Below, in pieces: positions 22,501 through 30,200 of a stretch of 59,088 nucleotides of DNA. The stretch comes from a virus (lineage: Duplodnaviria > Caudoviricetes). Both the position numbers and the translations under genes were made by a program. Within the stretch, counting starts at the first letter, position 1. Every line of letters begins with the position of its first letter. The notes under the pieces are model-generated. The model searched no databases. It saw nothing but the letters and a program-made list of their open reading frames with translations, and was not told where the DNA came from. The stretch spans positions 1-59,088 of the IMG/VR virus record IMGVR_UViG_3300025869_002638; one strand, 5' to 3'.

Positions 22501-23462
22501 GAAAGTTTACCATAGCCCTGGTCTACTCCGGAAAAGCCTGCACCAGCAGGTGTGGTTCGGAGGGCACCTATATTGGCTATCATAGATCCAGTGACTGTCC
22601 CTATTGCGCCAGCAACAGTTGGAGCGATTCCAGTCTGTATACAAGTTCCATTAGCAAAAAAGTCCAGAGTAGGGGAACTAGATGTGGTATTAAATACGAA
22701 TGAAAAGTTTCTCCAAGTATCATCATTGATCGGAGTAGTCGCCGTGGGTACAACAACATTATCAAATCCAGTAGATCCCGATCGGAAAGTAACTTCAAAA
22801 TGATCACTCGATCCAGTTACCACTTCAATGCGAAGTCGTCCGTATTCATCAGATGTAGTACTGGCACCATTCCATAGATCAAAAACTACCTGGCGAGGAG
22901 ATTCTACCGTATGATCAATAGCGGCGGCTTTTTTATAGAAAAACTCAACTGTTGTCCCGTCAGGTCCGCCAAACTCAAGATTAGAAGTACGATCCTGCTC
23001 TACATTGTAAAAAGTATTTTTGTGGGGACCACCCTTAACTTGGACATATTGAGCCGAGGAAGAGGCATACCCTGATGGATGAGGGGTAATAGCGCCATAA
23101 GTCACGCCATTCTGTATAAAGCCAGTAGATGTAGGATAGATTTCCTCAAAGAAATATTTTTCAACAGGATTAAGTTTATTATAAAAATCTACCTTTTCAA
23201 ATTCAGAACCATCGTAAGGATAATAACTTAAAATATACTCAAATGCATTTTTATAATACTGTTCAGCCGAGCCAAACTTGACAAACTCTTCAGGGTTTGA
23301 ATAATTGATAGGAGGCAGAACATAATCTTGTTTCTGAAGAGAAGCCTTGAGATGAGCCTCGGATTCAATTCCGTCACCTAAAGTGTCAGGAGCACTTAGT
23401 CGTAGGTATTTTCCTACAGTTACTGCCTGCTTATTTTTGTCAAATAACTTTTTTACGCTCAT
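13527..23462 (-). CDS. Giant virion protein (3311 aa), baseplate wedge/fibre-like, with two LamG/concanavalin-like domains
   Basis: Follows the gp25-like and gp6-like genes. LamG-type motifs (TVEFF...WRNFSF...LDEFRFW and WNLALSL...VYLG...VRYW) and a wedge-like KSKGNEKAIRNFIRCLG segment. Confidence 0.65.
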   Translation of the reverse strand: MSVKKLFDKNKQAVTVGKYLRLSAPDTLGDGIESEAHLKASLQKQDYVLPPINYSNPEEFVKFGSAEQYYKNAFEYILSYYPYDGSEFEKVDFYNKLNPVEKYFFEEIYPTSTGFIQNGVTYGAITPHPSGYASSSAQYVQVKGGPHKNTFYNVEQDRTSNLEFGGPDGTTVEFFYKKAAAIDHTVESPRQVVFDLWNGASTTSDEYGRLRIEVVTGSSDHFEVTFRSGSTGFDNVVVPTATTPINDDTWRNFSFVFNTTSSSPTLDFFANGTCIQTGIAPTVAGAIGTVTGSMIANIGALRTTPAGAGFSGVDQGYGKLSASLDEFRFWKTARNDEEIGRYWFANVGGGSNKYDVNVSLGVYFKFNEGITTNAAVDQVIMDYSGRLSNGLYVGYNSTNTRNTASAINQLKIESIHEFGDPIVRSSNPNYTTLLADYILTGSNYDYQNNARLLNHLPNWIIEEEEQGSNEIVSLTQIMANYFDTIYNQITYIKNLRYMDYVSGSLSSSYTHFPYNDRLVENLGIEAPELFANAGTLQQFLQRDEQINFDDQLEDIKNSIYKNIYNNLNFILKSKGNEKAIRNFIRCLGVDDEIIALNTYPNNADFELVSNYKAGVSTKKFADFTAHLDQADDEAIVYQYYDSTNPNSVGTISGSTSLGEFAFTLQSELDLAVKQDYRNLGYNIPQVVTASVMGFHTPADSSPTITDTTWAAASSDYGLQVQVIKSPGEYPEIFEPAHKVKDAYFLVKDREGKTLLTSSIFNNVYDNTKWNLALSLRPERYQFSDGVIGSAVAQTGYTLELYGVNYQNGIKKYSFSSATDLSATSGSNIIESAKKVYLGASRFNFTGSTLVNTDIRGSSVRYWTDYLPNSTVDHHAKEVDTYGRLNPYRNAYEFQSAAPNVYIPKIQTLALNWDFADISGSDSSGRFMVTDYSSGSNVQVYPNEYQGPVFSNINLREHTGRGDFFKSSFTPVRKQYVYTDHLQIPEYVGGDNMVNVPTSDDETFGIYLRPIDFFFAVERSMYRSISNRMLEMFASIEEFNNIIGEPVNKYRLNYKRMEKLREIFFRRVKNDIPDFDKYLRYYKWIDTAMGEMIQELFPVSAKYAPEVRKVVESHVLERPKIQHKLTILRDKHPVAGITGSLGAGFGSVCRTSPGWKFKHAPIPALQSRNCNWWRTRAERDVPPLIASGGNLTTRNAVLNAVQKQVDGTNFLCVDGQIVAPIYGGINQYLNKKRRIRDYTFDQFKSLEDCDDVLDPMQKKLVPFRATKDGVNYKGAQLTPFTAISSSLTTGYNAQLNSLGLTGISLNNLHEDSISPYRHSVPLQGPFTKRWVGGIQARHVAPFRTIDRREEYNLTITSGTGSVTTITTGIIPKGQYLRGLSSKSPVNLANIKTIITGSTPGDGVRKVGNFERNYEVVQGNSRFETNIDFIFNNSRYQYSMPSAFITPPARRTSGLTGSADYPAPRQVPNRRKTEVILVDMFASPGSKEDSKQQFRDVNSDQFSPNSALPFRNLAVINPYLKRLGTHSTFGGYQYDPATGAPSTTPSATKIQRNTVLRLEMGFSGAATPTTVGTASVYDDGFVTRPVPNADRAQWTSYLSGSENASIYDQYVALGSRYPANITFVTQSATAYPSTFSNSLITNAGGKSEFVWANNRDYVSWKQMQAGNSQKAQYFWQNNLYELLPQEVVTLNDEVKFDDGSNGSIATKTRTIYSRNGQAEPHYYSQRFREAPITSRYKALLHQMRTPIGTPSKTSERHTSIAMEYTYGNMLMGFANRELNEQIQGDVKFAHGKIKRPYEVLRDQFVENVQRSVNGAELIKDFTYRETIYPKEVYTYLSQSRARQAFVYSHWRDDAIVTGSAAVTSLTDYSKLISRVNIDGFNRQSTRLKGDFVTSQGYPVQNLDQVPYEDPSSLPAGPGSGSIWPLDSYLYSDFDTSLVTVLTASTPVVLADAGTMAAGELMMTHYGTINDRITDPGGSLNNGTAVYITSSINSAQYVYNVPVTKVDCTTTSAVAAVAAITASRGEGEGLTTATGQFVLGSSADGSSLFGAVTLEIQDLTSTKTFKFVNNSNSNTFDAGTNTYEMGVENPPFVGVYFTKEECRNQLFSAIESARVDASPLNIALPAKSGTDTIDLTAGTAGTAWNSRNITSNDTGVLGVAVTSWAGATDYTYNSKTLDLEDVAHGVVSYIFDAATAPGASTDTIIGTFGATATSDVIAAIAQTISLSQAAGAINITPGTVAGSTVPLTADVAGTAMNGKPVAGTAETDGGVTTVAFAAGAAASTVCVDLPEPRSPGSVYTRPAWTAGVSRIYVDGPNKRQSAAQSRPFYDTYEKYVENIRLAGKEKTIMPEFRISEHIKQYQQNGSLLSIVSASLELTGANHTMFNGVNSSFYQRFAETDKLEFLGDFMPDDILQRDFIFNNYPRHFELGSEAIVKMLPYDGFYPANRSLEIAALFRDAYIGNAVLTGTSGSATSAWRSLLRPFLAPGILYNSIKSGIAVDYPIRRTTRNLTQYLSSSATLPLHGCLSGTLSVSNAPGTIPGNRRRNLSTANWQNADINSFFWADRLPFETLVDPVPALKTGESLGTVLSDLNEYLYLDATGSISAKSLNDTLYKKAMSNFLANVPKFFLKKKTNKYGPEGYLTKFVSQFGAPPKDGQQNTAPERTVEVEKDAAYMMEIGLLKTENFNQYSNPYAFGIPTSTGSVDWHGLTSDELPKGREQNWPKHRGEFAPFTPPYYYGPSLVRMLFMPRGDKNDYTLDEILNNDRGELFVQYLNESGSYYDMTSGSFIDRDNNVVTSVATPSYGWNRAWQNRMDIDASVNIFNTFPTSTGTSYRSTDPNKWTIMPKWECPVLDFPSSQTAEGVPSYQFSASVGTGTYYSGSKGMWHQYGVQPDNDEGVYMYIKDIPTGNSEEYDFVAITYLDGATAKRTNKYVKKVPKFVSDAERTVKSLGDLVGFDSEEIIRNGIDFSKAKRLGELGEDNEKSLSEAVLALPVYFDKDQKPRIIPLRAPADKLGPKIKEFRKRFTKFSLPPALANGLLGLVPQGYPNIPDLINPFGPDDYDQVLDGTKMLHTPVVYLLEHKISLTKQDLADMWQGVMPDISQRFNMSYTAVDHYLPGDNVEETATKFPEVLKEQIILDIPRNERDGHPRYDLLDISGLPDLRGVYPEIRWLVFKVKERGLVGYDQMVMEEVDGVDALSYEKVNGFLSAQGLTPESAARFMGTMDNWAKTVYSYKHSLTEGSYNWPYDHFSLVELNKLDTKFVFRPELEREYTEESRNNPLPGEGQIPEGGLEIPPLGAGLGLNLGAQNNDE

Positions 23463-24964
23463 GTGTTCTCTTCTTCAATACGGAATTTAAATACTTCGGG
23501 CTGCTCTTGATAAGTTCCCTGAAGGTAGTAAGAGAACTTAATTCCATAGGCATACCCAGGATCAAGATAACTGGTATCAAGTTTGAAATAGTTACCGCTT
23601 ATATCATATGATAATCGACTATAATAATTATCAGTACTACCAGTCCCATACGGAATAACATCTAAATCATCGATTACTCGGTAGACTTTATAATATGCGT
23701 TGTCTATCACTTCGGGCTCGATATGTCTGGTTGAGACTGTATAAATGTTGGGGCTCCAGTCTTTTTTACGAGTAAAAGCACGCAAAGTAGGATTATCACC
23801 TTGAGAATATGCACTTTGTAAATTAGTGATGGTCGTAATATACTTTACATCATATTGAAGATCCGCCGTGTTTAATGATTTTGGTATATAAGATCCAGTG
23901 AAAAACTCTACTCTTTGTGCTCCAGATCCCGTAGACCAAACATCAAATATTTGTTCGAAAGAACTAGTTGATGCGAAAGAGGCAGTATAGACTCCTGTAG
24001 TCTTTACTCCATTTTCAAATAAAACGCCGCCCGTCACCATGGTTGAGGTCGTACTATTAGAACGAACTATATCCAGGGCGCTACCAGTAGGCACAACCGG
24101 AACAGTCGCTGCTTGACTTCCTGAAAATATCTCTACACTTAAAGTATCTTTTATAAGCCCAGGGATATTCTGCAATTGACCCCTGACCACATTATAAAGA
24201 AAAAGAGTATTAAGATTATCTGCGGCAGGTGCCATACTACTACTAATAGCAAAATTACCCCGATTATCTCGACGAGTAGAATCCCACCAAACATCTAGCG
24301 TTGGGCGATAATGAAAATACTCAGAAGATCGAGCAAAGAACTTCTTGGTATACATCGTGGTCGAGCCCGATACAATAGCATCAGGAAATTTAATTAAGAA
24401 TCCATAATTTGGTGTAGCATCTAACCACTTATTTACTATACTAGAGACATCTAGACGAATATTTTCAAGTCCACTCTCAAACGGAGCAGTGGCAGAAGTC
24501 CCAGCACCATAGAGATAAGAAGAGCCGGTAGCGTTCCATGCAGTGCTTCCCGAAGCATAAATCCAGTTAGATACTCCCAGGTCACTATAATTATCCATGT
24601 CCAATCCACGACCCTCTTGCCATGCTTGACTGAGCATTCGAACATCTAAAGAATAATCTACCGGGACAGTGCTTCCGTGGGGAGCATTATAAAGATTAAG
24701 ATAGAATTTTAAACTAGAAGTATCGTTAGGAATAACACCAGCCAACATATCTGAAGCAATAGTAGATACTGGAAACTGAATTAGTATCCTACTCTGCTCC
24801 GCATTGCCGGCATTAATAGATGCAGAAGTCTGTCCATGGATCACAAATGTCTCTAAAATATCTGCAATACCCATGTTTGACCCAGTGCCCCGAGTCAGAA
24901 GATCAATTTTAAATGCGTCAGTTATGGTATTGTCTTTAGTAGCGTAATATTTCTTAATAGCCAT
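23459..24964 (-). CDS. Virion structural protein with DNRLRE-like N-terminal domain
   Basis: ATKDNTI...SRILIQF...LNLY...WQEG...DVSSIVNKW...NYGFLIK...PTLDVWW pattern; located in the baseplate cluster. Confidence 0.6.
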   Translation of the reverse strand: MAIKKYYATKDNTITDAFKIDLLTRGTGSNMGIADILETFVIHGQTSASINAGNAEQSRILIQFPVSTIASDMLAGVIPNDTSSLKFYLNLYNAPHGSTVPVDYSLDVRMLSQAWQEGRGLDMDNYSDLGVSNWIYASGSTAWNATGSSYLYGAGTSATAPFESGLENIRLDVSSIVNKWLDATPNYGFLIKFPDAIVSGSTTMYTKKFFARSSEYFHYRPTLDVWWDSTRRDNRGNFAISSSMAPAADNLNTLFLYNVVRGQLQNIPGLIKDTLSVEIFSGSQAATVPVVPTGSALDIVRSNSTTSTMVTGGVLFENGVKTTGVYTASFASTSSFEQIFDVWSTGSGAQRVEFFTGSYIPKSLNTADLQYDVKYITTITNLQSAYSQGDNPTLRAFTRKKDWSPNIYTVSTRHIEPEVIDNAYYKVYRVIDDLDVIPYGTGSTDNYYSRLSYDISGNYFKLDTSYLDPGYAYGIKFSYYLQGTYQEQPEVFKFRIEEENT

Positions 24965-24965
24965 C

Positions 24966-26774
24966 TTATGTTACCACCCCAGAGATATCAGTACCAGGAA
25001 CAAGAACTTCGGCTACAGCGTCTTCTGGTATTAACAAAAAACGACCATCGTCCGAGAGGTTACTGTCTATATCATAGACTACGTCGCTATAAACACCACC
25101 ACTCTGATTAATTAGTTCCACATTTGTAGTATCTACAACGCCTGGGACATCATTTAGGAGTTTATAAATCTCTGATATATAAATCGCCTCCCCTACATTA
25201 AACTTAATATTGATATAGTCCTGTTGGAGTTTCTGAATACAGTCCTGAAGAAGTTGATATCGATTGACATCCAGGGCAGGCAAAATACGGAAATTTATTC
25301 CAATATTGATCACTCGTCCCTCCAGTACATCTATAGTATCGTTGATCATTCGATATCTGTTTAGCCATGTTTTAACATTTTCTTTTAAAGTACTGTTGGG
25401 GACTATGAGATCTCCTGCGCTATTTTGAGACATTAGGTACACGTTTAGGTTGCGTTTTAGCGAATTAGTATCTCGGATAACATTACAGCGGAACACTTTA
25501 CCAAACTTGGATGGCATCCTGTAAAGTAGATTAATATAATCAGTTCGTGTAACTGCACGATTCTGTGCAGCATAAGTTCCAAAGGCTCGTTCTCTGACCT
25601 CATCAGGCAAGAGAGGCTCTGTGTCCCCTAGAATAGGTTCTTCGTTCTCTACTTCTAAAGATGTCTGGACGTCTGTTACCAGCGTCGCATTCAGCGTTCC
25701 TTGATTCTTAAAAGAAAAGTTTGCTCCAACAACAGAATTAAGTGTCCCCACGGCAGCATTGACATTGGAAGTTGTGTTCGCCACATATTCTATTGTCAAA
25801 GTAGTGTTAGAGGGAACTACACCGAATTTGTCTGTCTGAATAAGTTTTCCAGGATCAAATGTAGTATCTGTAATATAATTTCTGCCCGTTACATCCAGAA
25901 CCACATCTGCCGGATCTGCTACAACATCCCCTGTAAGGTTTTCCTCCGACCCATACCCAAATTGAATAAAAGTATTTCCCTCATAAGTATTTGTAGAAAC
26001 AAACCTCCGAGGAACTGGGACAAGCCTCATCACATATGGGACAGCAGTCCGATCACTATTAATGTTTTTTACTTGTTGAATCACTACATCTTGAGTCAAA
26101 TAATCGACTTCATAATATTCGTTTCCTTGGCTATCTGTTACCGATAATATCTCAGATATATTTCCCCTGTTAAGTTTCACTTGGCGGAATCGGGAATAAT
26201 CTCCTACAGTAATAATGTCTCGGAAGTTCTGTCCTGAAACGACCGTACCGTAGGCTTTAATGGCAAAGTGTGTAGGATTACCAGTTGTGATATCTACGTT
26301 TGCCACAGTTACTTGGTTATTAGGATCAGTAAAATCCACATCATCTATCAGGCTATAGATAGCACCCTGAGATCCGACGCCGCCACCAGCCCCGATAAGA
26401 GACCCAGCCCTAAGAATTGGGAAATAATCTAGATCAGGTCCTCGTGACAGTGAATTTGCAGGTACTGTTACATATAAGGCAACTTGTCCAGTCGATTGTG
26501 CAGCGCCGGCGGTTTTGTATCCAAGCATGTTTGAGAGGCGGATAACATTATCAAATCTGATGGCGCTATCCAAAAATGTCTCATTAGTTTGAAAATCTGC
26601 ATAAAAAGACAACTGATCGCCAACATAGGCAACCATGTCCACCATCATCGCTCCGAACGAGGCCTCGCTAAAGTCCTTAAAAGTAGTTGGATAATAACGC
26701 TTCGCATAGTTAACCAAGTCATTTCGAATCGAAGTATAATCTTTGCTAGTATAATTAATTGGTGGTTTTGCCAT
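24966..26774 (-). CDS. Baseplate wedge protein (T4 gp6 / baseplate J-like)
   Basis: N-terminal YTSKDYTSIRNDL...DFSEAS.G...AYVGD.LSFY.D...ETFLDSA and C-terminal QNRAVT..DY signatures; directly downstream of a gp25-like gene. Confidence 0.85.
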   Translation of the reverse strand: MAKPPINYTSKDYTSIRNDLVNYAKRYYPTTFKDFSEASFGAMMVDMVAYVGDQLSFYADFQTNETFLDSAIRFDNVIRLSNMLGYKTAGAAQSTGQVALYVTVPANSLSRGPDLDYFPILRAGSLIGAGGGVGSQGAIYSLIDDVDFTDPNNQVTVANVDITTGNPTHFAIKAYGTVVSGQNFRDIITVGDYSRFRQVKLNRGNISEILSVTDSQGNEYYEVDYLTQDVVIQQVKNINSDRTAVPYVMRLVPVPRRFVSTNTYEGNTFIQFGYGSEENLTGDVVADPADVVLDVTGRNYITDTTFDPGKLIQTDKFGVVPSNTTLTIEYVANTTSNVNAAVGTLNSVVGANFSFKNQGTLNATLVTDVQTSLEVENEEPILGDTEPLLPDEVRERAFGTYAAQNRAVTRTDYINLLYRMPSKFGKVFRCNVIRDTNSLKRNLNVYLMSQNSAGDLIVPNSTLKENVKTWLNRYRMINDTIDVLEGRVINIGINFRILPALDVNRYQLLQDCIQKLQQDYINIKFNVGEAIYISEIYKLLNDVPGVVDTTNVELINQSGGVYSDVVYDIDSNLSDDGRFLLIPEDAVAEVLVPGTDISGVVT

Positions 26775-26800
26775 GGATTAATGTTCCCTTATAAACTTAA

Positions 26801-27205
26801 TTAGTTAGCCATAGTAGAAGTGATGCGTAATTCATCCTTCGCATTATATGGAAGAATGTTGTATTGAATTACTACCTGTACTTGGTTATAAGCAAGGTTG
26901 CTGTTTTCATCTGATGTGACAAAATCTATAACCTCGATGTTTACGCTGGGCATATAGACATCTTTTTGTTCTGTAATCTTTTCGACTAATCGATCCATCG
27001 TCTCGCCGGAAAGAGGTTCAAATAAAAAGTTATAAAGACCAACTCCAAAGTTTGGCTCCATAATACGCTCACCGGGGGAAGTAAGAATAAGATTTTTAAA
27101 ATTTTGACGAATTGTCTGCGTCAAAGTCTTATTAAGCCGATAGGGTCCATCGGTTTCACTATATGATAAAGGTAGTTGGGGAGATATCCCTTGTAATTTA
27201 CTCAT
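26801..27205 (-). CDS. Baseplate wedge subunit, gp25/GPW family
   Basis: IRQNFKNLILTSPGERIMEPNFGVGLYNFLFE is the gp25-family signature. Confidence 0.9.
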   Translation of the reverse strand: MSKLQGISPQLPLSYSETDGPYRLNKTLTQTIRQNFKNLILTSPGERIMEPNFGVGLYNFLFEPLSGETMDRLVEKITEQKDVYMPSVNIEVIDFVTSDENSNLAYNQVQVVIQYNILPYNAKDELRITSTMAN

Positions 27206-30200
27206 TTGGTTTAATTAGTGTTTCTAGTGTATTTTTTTCAATTCTAACGCTTTGTAAAGAAGGTCCAGTATTTAAGCAGACGTATTCCTGGGCATCACCT
27301 AGTGTAGATAGTACTACACCATAAACCATACGCTTCACTATTGGTGTCTCGCTAAGCACATCACCAAACGACCTTTCGCCAAATAATCCATTTACATATG
27401 AATCCAACCTAGTACTACTATAAGTACATAATTCATCGACTGATACCAAATTTGGGGCACCTTGCGCCGAGGCGGCGTTGCCATAAGGACCAACATCCCT
27501 GCTTCCAAGGGCTGCAAAGTAATTACGTGCCGAGGCTTTCCATGCACTTTGTAGGTTGGCTAATCGGGCTACGGGCTCGCCGCCGGCGGGTTTATAATTC
27601 TGTGACACGATCGTTCTGATTTCCTGTTCGCTCCTCACCAGATACTCTTCATACATTTCCTCAATTTGTTCCTCAGTGAATGGAGGCATATATTCAGGTT
27701 GTTTCCACCAAGCGTCGAGATTGCCGAGAGGATTATTGCCTCCAAGCCAATCTTTAGCGGAAGAAAATACCGTCCCCATTGCGTCATAATATTCTGGAGG
27801 TGCATCATAAGGGCTCATATACCGGTAACCGTTATCAAGGACAGTCAAAGCTGCCTCTGAAGTCCGCTGGCTAACTCCTCTTGTTCGGTCCTCAATATCA
27901 ATTCTCTCAAGAAGCGAGGTTTCAATGAGGTTAGGATCAGTTAGAAGCCGATCTAAATAAGCAACCCTCTCTTCAACCTGAGGTGTGGAATAATATGTAA
28001 TATCATAAGATTCATTATATTCTAGAACTGAGACAGGGAACCCTACATATTTATTAGCAAACTTGGAGTATGTTTGCCCTCTGACTGCGCCCAGGAAAGC
28101 GTCGTCACTCCCTGCAATCTCTACCTGAGATCTATAGTAGATGTCACTATAACGTTCCCCATATTTTACTGAGTTGTCATAATATATTAAGTAAGTTGCA
28201 TACAGAGGTCCAATGGGGAAATAATATGACCCCACCTGTTCTCCGAAAGCCGTCACAGTTTGAGTATTCGGGTCCCTCATTTCTCGCAATAGCCTAGACG
28301 CAGCAGTGACCTGGTTGTCTCTAATCCCCAGGTTTGCGTAATTACCTTGTTTGATTTGAGAGGCCATCTCTTGGTAGAACAAAAACAACGAGGACAGATA
28401 TTTAGTATATGAAGGGTTATCCCTTCCCAGTACTTCAAAATTGTCATAAACTGATCGGTTGATCAGAGAATATTCTGATGTTCTGGCAATGTTATCTAAC
28501 ATTCTTACAAATATTTTCTGAATTGTTTCTTTGAGGTTTTCGTCTGGTGTTTTACTGTCACTTATCACTAACTGAGGGTTTTCAACAGGGAAGTCCGCAT
28601 AAACTTTCTCAATCATATCAAAATTCTGTAACAGAGGAGTTAATATATTTCTGCTCTTAAGTTCTTTTCGTATTTTTCGATATAAATAATCAGTAATCAA
28701 ATTTACAGTTCCCGTGTTATTCCAACAAGGATATACTCGTGCTAACGGCAAAGTATTAACAAAGAACTGTTGTATCCTAGACTGTATCACGCTGACCCAG
28801 GCTTCTGCGTCCGCTTTTTGGTCAGCAGTGACGCAAATATCATCATTGGCAACAAATACTTCTAAGTTAGTACCGTAGATGTAACGAGGCAAGCGGCGCT
28901 TTCCAACATCGGATGTAATAACACGATCAATTTGTGTTTCAACAAACTCAGAGGGGTTACTTATAACATTCAGACTTTCATCTGTTGTGTCAATACTAAA
29001 AGGATTGTCATCATCTACTAATTTTAAAGACGTCATGAAAAAACTATTAATCATTTGTTGTACAGCACTTGAGGGGCGCTGTAGTCCAGCCCCTGTTCCC
29101 GAAGAAAGACTCGGAAGGGCAGTGCCGCCAGTATTCAAATTTTGTGTACCAGGTTCTATTAAATTATTTAAAAGCATTCCATAAGATACAGGAGAATTAG
29201 GCTCAGTAGCAAAATCCTGAGGGTTCCAAGATGCCAACAACGACTCATTATTATAGGGGTTAGTTTGCCCAAATCCCCTAGAAGAACTCTGTGGGCTATC
29301 AACATAAATACGAATACCTGGCTCTATTGGATCATTGCTATTACGGACAGATAAAGCCACAGTGGGAAAGAATCCGATATAAGGCTCCCTGTATTGGATC
29401 TGTTTCAAATATGGCTTAATATATTCCGTGGCTCTTTCTGAATAGACTCCTTCGTATTGTCCTAATGCTACGTCCGGACGAGCAGGGATGGCTGAGTTTC
29501 CAATTTTTTCTCGTAAATGTTGAGGTGCTGTGGAGGCAGCGTATGAGCCGATGCGAGCATCTGATGTACTGTCGTCTGTTATACCATAGTGTGCATAAGG
29601 TAAGATAAGTTGGGTTCCTAACTCCTTGTAGGCGGTTGAAGGTATCTCTACACGATCCGTAGAATAGTTAACAATAGGTACTCTATAAACAAAACGATTT
29701 GTACTTGTTTTTTGCAATCGAGGCACGACCATGGAACTATGGAGCATATAATAACTCTGATAAAATAATTGAATTCCAATCTCTGTAGAATATAAATTAT
29801 AGCGTGGATCACTAACATTTTGAGGCTGTTTGCCAAAAGCATTTTTCCACCATGCCGATAACATGCTAGTAAGATAGGGCAAGATTCGAGCCAACAATCT
29901 CAAGATACTATTATACCACTCCATCATCGGCAGGCTAGCTAACAATTGGTCCAACTGAAATTGGAGGCTTTGCAAACTGCGAAGATAATCACAATAAGAA
30001 TTGATCCGAGCAATTTTACTAGAAAATACCTGATCAAATTGTCCAATCATCTGAGCCTCACTCAACCTCAACTTAAGAGTAGTTAAGTCAGGATCTCGAT
30101 TTTCGCAAAATTCATCTAGCGCAGATGGAGAATCTTCTGACTCTAGTTCCCCTAAGCCGGCACCAATGGCTGCAAAAAATTCCTTTATCTTTTCCTTAGT

